The translations under genes and the position numbers were made by a program. Below the pieces are notes generated by a model. It was not told the origin of the DNA. It saw nothing but the letters and a program-made list of their open reading frames with translations, and ran no database searches. This document shows positions 57,420 through 64,000 of a stretch of 64,000 nucleotides of DNA, one piece after another (position 1 is the first letter of the stretch; every line of letters starts with the position of its first letter). This DNA is from the human T2T-CHM13v2.0 reference genome, Homo sapiens, in assembly GCF_009914755.1 (NCBI RefSeq), contig NC_060928.1, one strand, 5' to 3'.

Positions 57420-57718
57420 TTTTTTAAAATCAACTTTATTAAGATATAATTGACATACAATCAACTGCACATATTTAAACTTACAACCTCATATGTTTTG
57501 ACATATCGACACACATGATCACCACAATCAGGAGAGTGATCATATTCATCATCCTCAGTTCACATTATCTCTTTTGTGATTCCACTCTATATGCAATAAC
57601 TGATCCATTTTCTGTTACTAAAGATGAGTTTGAAGATTATAAAGTTATCTATATATGGAATTATTTGGCAAATACTCTTTTGTTCAGCTTCTGTCACAGA
57701 GCATAATTATTTCGACAT
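57420..57718 (-). mobile_element. L1ME-type 3' terminus
   Basis: AACTTTATTAAGATATAATTGACATACAAT...ACTGATCCATTTTCTGTTACTA...GCATAATTATTT. Confidence 0.8.
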
Positions 57719-58432
57719 ATGATATTAGTGCACAATCTATTAGAAAATAATAAATTAGCATCACAATTAAAATGTTCTGTTCAGCAAAAGTCATGGTTAG
57801 GAGAAAGAAAAGACTAGCCACAGACTAGGAGAAAGTATTTATAAATGATGTACCTTACAAAAGATTTGTATCTATATATATATATATTTTGAGACACTCA
57901 AAATTCAAATATAATAAAACAAACAACCTGATTTTTAAAATGGGCAAAATACTTGAACAGAACAAAAGCAAAAAAAAAAAAAAAAGAATGAAGGCTCAAC
58001 CTTATGAATTACTGGGGAAACACAAATTACAAACCCAATGATACATCATTGCACATTTAATAGAATGACTAATGTTAAAGACGGAATCTACCAAATGTTA
58101 GTAAGAATGTGGAAAAACTGGAACTCTCAAACACTCCTGATAAGAGTATATGATGTATCGCCATTTTGCAAATCAATTTTGCAGTTTATTTTAAAAAGTT
58201 AAACATTTCCTTACCATGTAATCCAGCTCTTTCATTCCTCAGTACTCACCCAGGAGAAATACAAGCATATGCTTATGTAAAAATTTGTGCATATACGTTC
58301 ATATAAGCTTTATAACTGAAAAAGTTTCAAATTTTCCTTAACTGGTGAATAAATAAATAATATGGCATATCCATACAGCGGAATACTACTCAGCAATAAG
58401 CATAATGAACTACTGCAAGGCAACAACATAGA
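57719..58432 (+). mobile_element. L1ME-type ORF2 end and proximal 3' UTR, inverted relative to the adjacent piece
   Basis: GCCACAGACTAGGAGAAAGTATTT, AAAATGGGCAAAATACTTGAACAG and GGAATACTACTCAGCAATAA...GCAACAACAT. Confidence 0.8.
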
Positions 58433-58969
58433 GAGGTGTTTTTATAGTAAACAATACAATCGTTTGGTAAAAACACAAAGCACATGTAAATCCAAATGAG
58501 GCAGAAATATTTTATTAAAATTTTCATGTTTGGCATTTCAAAAATGTTAACCCTAATATAGTTTAAATGTACATATGAATGTAAACATGTTTCTGTATTA
58601 AAAAAGTCACAGAAACCAAAGCTGGAAATGTCTAATTCGTGCATCATTATTTGCTCTGAAGTAATGTATTAATGTGTTACAATCCAAACTCCAAATAGAC
58701 ATTTAAATTCATGTTTTATATTTGTCCTTCTCTCTCATATAATGTTCTGTTTAATTGTTAAACAAAAACAAAAACAATTGTACCTTATTTTGTTACTCTC
58801 TAGTAAGAGATGTAGTAACTAGGCAATGTCACTTAGATTACCCTTTTTACATCTCCATGCATAACCATTTATACTGAAACCAGCACATAAAAAGTACCTG
58901 AAAATTAGGATTATTTAATTTGGTAGTGATGTTTTGCAATTGGAGATGGTGTTGATATTTAGTTGATTA

Positions 58970-59463
58970 CAGTAAGGATAATATTAGCCAGAGACTCAAC
59001 TCAGCTGAATTAAATAAAAAGAGAATACATTAGCATACATTCTTGGTAAAGCTATATGTAGAGGTGATTTGACACATGACTGGAGTCAAGTGTTCCAGCA
59101 AGCAATGCCTCTCTGTTGCGCTCTCTTTGATTACAGACACTCCACAGTTTATTACAAAAAAAAAGAAAAAGAAAAAGACTGCTAGCAACCTCAGCTTCAC
59201 AACCGCAGAGGAAAAAAATTACTCCAGGCCAAAAAAGCCAGGAGACGTTTAATGGCTCTGATTGGCCTGGTGTGACCCCACACCTAAATTAATCATTTTG
59301 ATCCCAGTGGTATAGTAAATAGCTCATTGAAGAGACCTGCTTAACCTGACATACATGTTCATGAAATGGACACATTCCCTATTGTATCAAAGGAAAAACA
59401 AGATCCTGTTACAAAGAGAAAAGGTAATGGATGATGGGCAATGAAAACAATTTCCCATTAACA
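58970..59463 (-). mobile_element. Old MaLR LTR (MLT1K-like)
   Basis: GCTCTGATTGGCCTGG and GTTACAAAGAGAAAAGGTAATGGATGATGGGCA...ACA end. Confidence 0.6.
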
Positions 59464-59845
59464 AAATGATTAGATTCTATAAAGGGAAATTGACATTCCC
59501 TATCATGTATTTCTATCAGGAATAGTGAAACAGTGGTGTGAGCAGGAGGTTTACTAGTTCCTTGGAAGGTAAAACTATGGTAGATTTCTGTTATTGGAAT
59601 TGGAATATTGATTGGAGTATAGATTAATTATTAATCCTCAGAAGTTTTTAGATTTTACTTGAAAGTTTGATTTATGTTTATCTAATTGACTGTGTGTGTG
59701 TTTGAGGTGAGAGTTGATGATGAAACAAAAACAAAACAAGTGTAGCTATCTGAGGGAAAATGTCCATGTAATATTGGTTTTACTTGTTTTATTTGCTTTA
59801 AAAATTTTTTTTTCTTCCACCGCCTATCTGTAGATCTTAATCTTA

Positions 59846-60147
<302 letters not shown>

Positions 60148-60358
60148 TTATTTGACTTATTTTTTTAAATACACATGTAATAATTAGTTCCCCATTGTGC
60201 GGAGCAGAAATTAGGAAGAAGTAAAAGTAGAAAGAGCAAAGTTGCCACTTCTGATGTATTGGAGGAAAATAGGAAAGGGGGTTGCTTCCGACAAGCACAA
60301 TGAAAGATGGGTAACTAAGGTAAATAGATCTATTTTAAGTTTTTCATTTCATGGTCAC

Positions 60359-60429
60359 TTTTTTTTTTTTTTTGACTGCTCCTTGTGGGGTAGGGCTAAC
60401 CCATAGGCCAGAGTGTGCTCAGAGCAGCC
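60359..60429 (-). other. 56-nt poly(A)-tailed micro-retrocopy resembling an ERV1 LTR R-region segment
   Basis: Minus strand reads GGCTGCTCTGAGCACACTCTGGCCTATGGGTTAGCCCTACCCCACAAGGAGCAGTC plus A15; no other LTR sequence is recognisable on either side. Confidence 0.6.
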
Positions 60430-61938
60430 TGCAGACGATTCTTAGCAAAACTGCTGGTTCTGCAGTTTGTTAAAACTGGTCCTCTAGTTGATTGTAGCAG
60501 GAAAAAAAGGACAATTTTTATGTGAAAATAAAACAGAGATGTTGATATACATTTGTGATATGAAAAAGTGTATTTTTTAAAAGCAGACTAACTTCACTAG
60601 GCAGCCATAAAACTCCTAAAATGCTTACTGGTCACCGTCCATTTTGAGAAAAATGGCTGCTTCACCTCCACGCATAATTCTGTATTCTTCAAACTGTGTG
60701 GTCCATTCCCTTATGATTTGGTTGGTAAACGCATGGTGATTGTGTGTATGAAACCACTCCAGCCACTTTTCTAGGGAAAGGGCAGTCATGGCAGATACTT
60801 TAAATCATCCTGGTCAATTGAACTAAACCAGAACACAAAGAGCTAATCAGGATTTAAAGATTAGCACGAATTTCACTGCAACATGATTCTAGGTTGTTTT
60901 TGCCTTTCGTTACTATGTAACAAAGAAAGACAGCAAAGGCTCCAGTCGATAAGGATATTAATGGGAGTAGCTGTAGTTCCTCCATATGTTAGTTTCTTAC
61001 AGAGGTGCACTGGGGTTGAGAGCATCAGTAGTAGAAGACTTGAGCCATGACCTGTAGCCTTTTATGACTGTAGGATTTTGGTGGCCTGCATCAGCACTCA
61101 AGATTTGAAATATCCTATGAGCTGGTTCTTTGCTGAGCCGCAAAGTGCCTCTGTATTCTATTTCTTTGCTCTAGCTTATGTCGAATCCTTCATTGCAACT
61201 ACAGGACGACCACAGGAAGCTGTGCCCTAATGTAACAATCTAGTAGGATCAGGAACTCCTGTGACCAGTAGATTTTTGTTGCATGCTGAACAGCGATTAG
61301 GTTTCCTGGGATCTGAAATTGTGGAAGCTGAAATGATTTTATTGTGCCTCTCTCTCTCAGTTGTTACCTGCTATAATCTTGCCTGTATTCTAACCTGTAT
61401 TCTTTGTTACATAACATTTGCTTTTTTCCCCACAAATAAATGTTTGGAAAATAGAATTATTATGGAACTTGTTTTTACTTAATGAAATATAATAAATTAG
61501 TTTTGTATAGGCATTTTGCATGCATCTCTCTGTAAAACTGAAACATCACGGAGTTTCTTTGTGAAGCCCATTAATCTGGAGATTCACTCTTCATATAACC
61601 CTTGTGCTTTCTGTAACAGAACATTACCGATAAAATTTTCTATCTAATAGAACATGGGAAGCCTGATCTTAGAAAAGACTAAAAGAAAATCAAATACAAT
61701 GGTATTATTGACATTTATTAGGAGTTTTACACAGTTTCTGGCCAAGCTAAACAAGACAAATTTGTACATTTAGTCATTTCAAAACACTATATGAATTTCT
61801 ACTCCTCTATTTTTTATTCTTAGACATAGACCTCACTTCCTTAGAAGAACATAAAATGCAAAATGTATGCGTCTGGTCTTATACATTTCTATCGCTATAC
61901 GCACCCAGTCACTTTCTCCTAAATGGTCATCTTGGGTT

Positions 61939-62207
61939 ACCAAATGTGGCATGTTCTCATTTATAAGTGAGAGCTAAACATTGGGTACTCATGGACTTAA
62001 AGATGGCAATAATAGACACTGGGAACTACTAGAAGTGGGAGGGAGAGAGGGAGGAGAGCAAGGGTTGAAAAACCAACTATTAGGTACTATGCTCACTACC
62101 TGAGTGACAAGATCAATTATATCCCAAGTCTCACCATCAGGCAATAAACCCAGGTAACAAACCTGCACATGTACTTCCTGAATGTTAAATAAATGTTGAA
62201 GGAAAAA
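61939..62207 (+). mobile_element. LINE-1 3' UTR fragment (L1PB/L1PA17-like)
   Basis: CATGTTCTCATTTATAAGTGAGAGCTAAAC...AGGGTTGAAAAACCAACTATTAGGTACTATGCTCACTACCTG...GTAACAAACCTGCACATGTAC. Confidence 0.88.
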
Positions 62208-62829
62208 CTCAGACATTAAAGAGATTTGTAATAAAAAATATATGTAACTATATTGGCTTAAATCTTCCTACTTACAAGAGTTTCACAAAATTTCTTTCTC
62301 AAGTTTAAAACCTATTTTCTTTAGAAAGTAACCCATTTCATGGTTGCTCAATTTTTGAAGTTAGTAGGTCAAAATCGGCAGAAGAAATAGGTAGGAATAG
62401 GTGGAAGCATGAGGTCCCTGCCAATGGATCTATGCTAATTTCTCAAGTAGAATGACTACTTACATCAGGAATGGGCACAGTGTTGGAGTCCAAAAAGATG
62501 GACTTTGAATTCTAGAAAGATTTAATTTTGAATACTTCATCACAGTCACACTTGCTAAAACATTAATTCTGTCTAATACAGGTCTGCCCACAGCAAGGCT
62601 ATAGTTCAATTTCTTTTTTATTGTAAACAGTGAGTTTCCTGAATGAGTTTTATTTATTCATTTATTTATTCCCAACATAGTAGTAATTTTTTTCATATTT
62701 CTTGTTTTATATGAGAGATATTTTAAGTTTGAAAATTATACACAAAATTTTTTAATTGATCAAACACAAAAAAAAAGAAAGACATAGGTACATGCACATA
62801 AATATTTCAATAATATAATTATTCAGCTT

Positions 62830-64000
62830 GATTCTGGATATTAGCCCTTTGTCAGATGAGTAGATCGCAAAAATTTTCTCCCATTCTGTAGGTTGCCTGT
62901 TCACTCTGATGGTAGTTTCTTTTGCTGTGCAGAAACTCTTTAGTTTAATTAGATCCCATTTGTCAATTTTGGCCATTGCTTTTGGTGTTTTAGACATGAA
63001 GTCCTTGCCCGTGCCTATGTCCTCAATGGCATTGCCTAGGTTTTCTTCTAGGGTTTTTATGGCTTAGGTCTAACATTTAAGTGTTTAATCCATCTTGAAT
63101 TAATTTTTATATAAGGTGTAAGGAAGGGATCCAGTTTCAGCTTTCTACACATAGCTAGCCAGTTTTCCCAGCACCATTTATTAAATAGGGAATCCTTTCC
63201 CCATTTCTTGTTTTTGTCAGGTTTGTCAATGATCAGATGGTTGTAGATGTGTAGTATGATATCTGAGGGCTCTGTTCTGTTCCATTGGTCTATATCACTG
63301 TTTTGGTACCAGTGCCGTGCTGTTTTGGTTACTGGAGCCTTGTAGTATAGTCTGAAGTCAGGTAGTGTGATGCCTCCAGCTTTGTTCTTTTGGCTTAGGA
63401 TTGTCCTGGCAATGCAGGCTCTTTTTTGGTTCCATATGAACTTTAAAGTAGTTTTTTCCAATTCTGTGAAGAAAGTCATTGGTAGCTTGATGGGGATGGC
63501 ATTGAATCTATAAATTACCTTGGGCAGTATGGCCATTTTCATGATATTGATTCTTCCTATCCATGAGCATGGAATGTTCTTCCATTTGTTTGTGTCTTCT
63601 TTTATTTCATTGAGCAGTGGTTTGTAGTTCTCCTTGAAGAGGTCCTTCACATCCCTTGTAAGTTGGGATGTTATTCTCTTTGAAGCAATTGTGACTGGAA
63701 GTTCACTCATGATTTGGCTCTCTGTTTGTCTGTTATTGGTGTATAAGAATGCCTGTGATTTTTGAACATTGGTTTTGTATCCTGACACTTTGCTGACGTT
63801 GCTTATCAGACTAAGGAGATTTTGGGCTGAGACGATGGGGTTTTCTAGATATACAATCATGTCGTCTGCAAACAGGGAAAATTTGACTTCCTCTTTTCCA
63901 AATGGAATACATTTTATTTATTTCTCTTGCCTGATTGCCCTGGCCAGAACTTCCAACACTATGTTGAATACGAGTGGTGAGAGAGGGCATCCCTGTCTTG
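62830..64000 (-). mobile_element. LINE-1 (L1PA4-6-like) ORF2 segment lacking a 3' UTR, continuing past the right edge
   Basis: 267-aa open frame at 63057-63860 ([16 protein letters not shown]...[15 protein letters not shown]...[11 protein letters not shown]) is L1 ORF2; homology stops abruptly at ~62830. Confidence 0.96.

Noticed and set aside
63057-63860. 267-aa ORF as a functional CDS
   Set aside because: L1 ORF2 fragment with small deletions, bounded by frameshifts.

Overview
AT-rich primate (most likely human or great ape) genomic DNA with no intact protein-coding gene visible. Much of the window is interspersed repeats: L1PA/L1PB/L1MA/L1MB/L1MC/L1ME fragments, Alu/FLAM/FRAM, MIR, L2, MaLR/ERVL/ERV1 solo LTRs and Tigger DNA transposons, several of them nested. 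Almost all supplied ORFs are L1 ORF2 remnants, Alu or LTR read-throughs, or chance ORFs. The main non-repeat object is a ~2.35 kb retrocopy of an OACYL (acyltransferase-3/NRF-6 family) mRNA at 16636-18991. It is flanked by a 9-bp TSD, appears to keep an intron remnant at its 5' end, and carries a second polyadenylated copy of its own 3' end inside its CDS. Also present are a 5S rRNA pseudogene, a 56-nt poly(A)-tailed stem-closed micro-retrocopy resembling an ERV LTR R-region (60359-60429), and an ancient L1ME with twin-priming-like geometry. Repeat subfamily names were assigned by eye from remembered consensus sequences. They and most boundaries are approximate.
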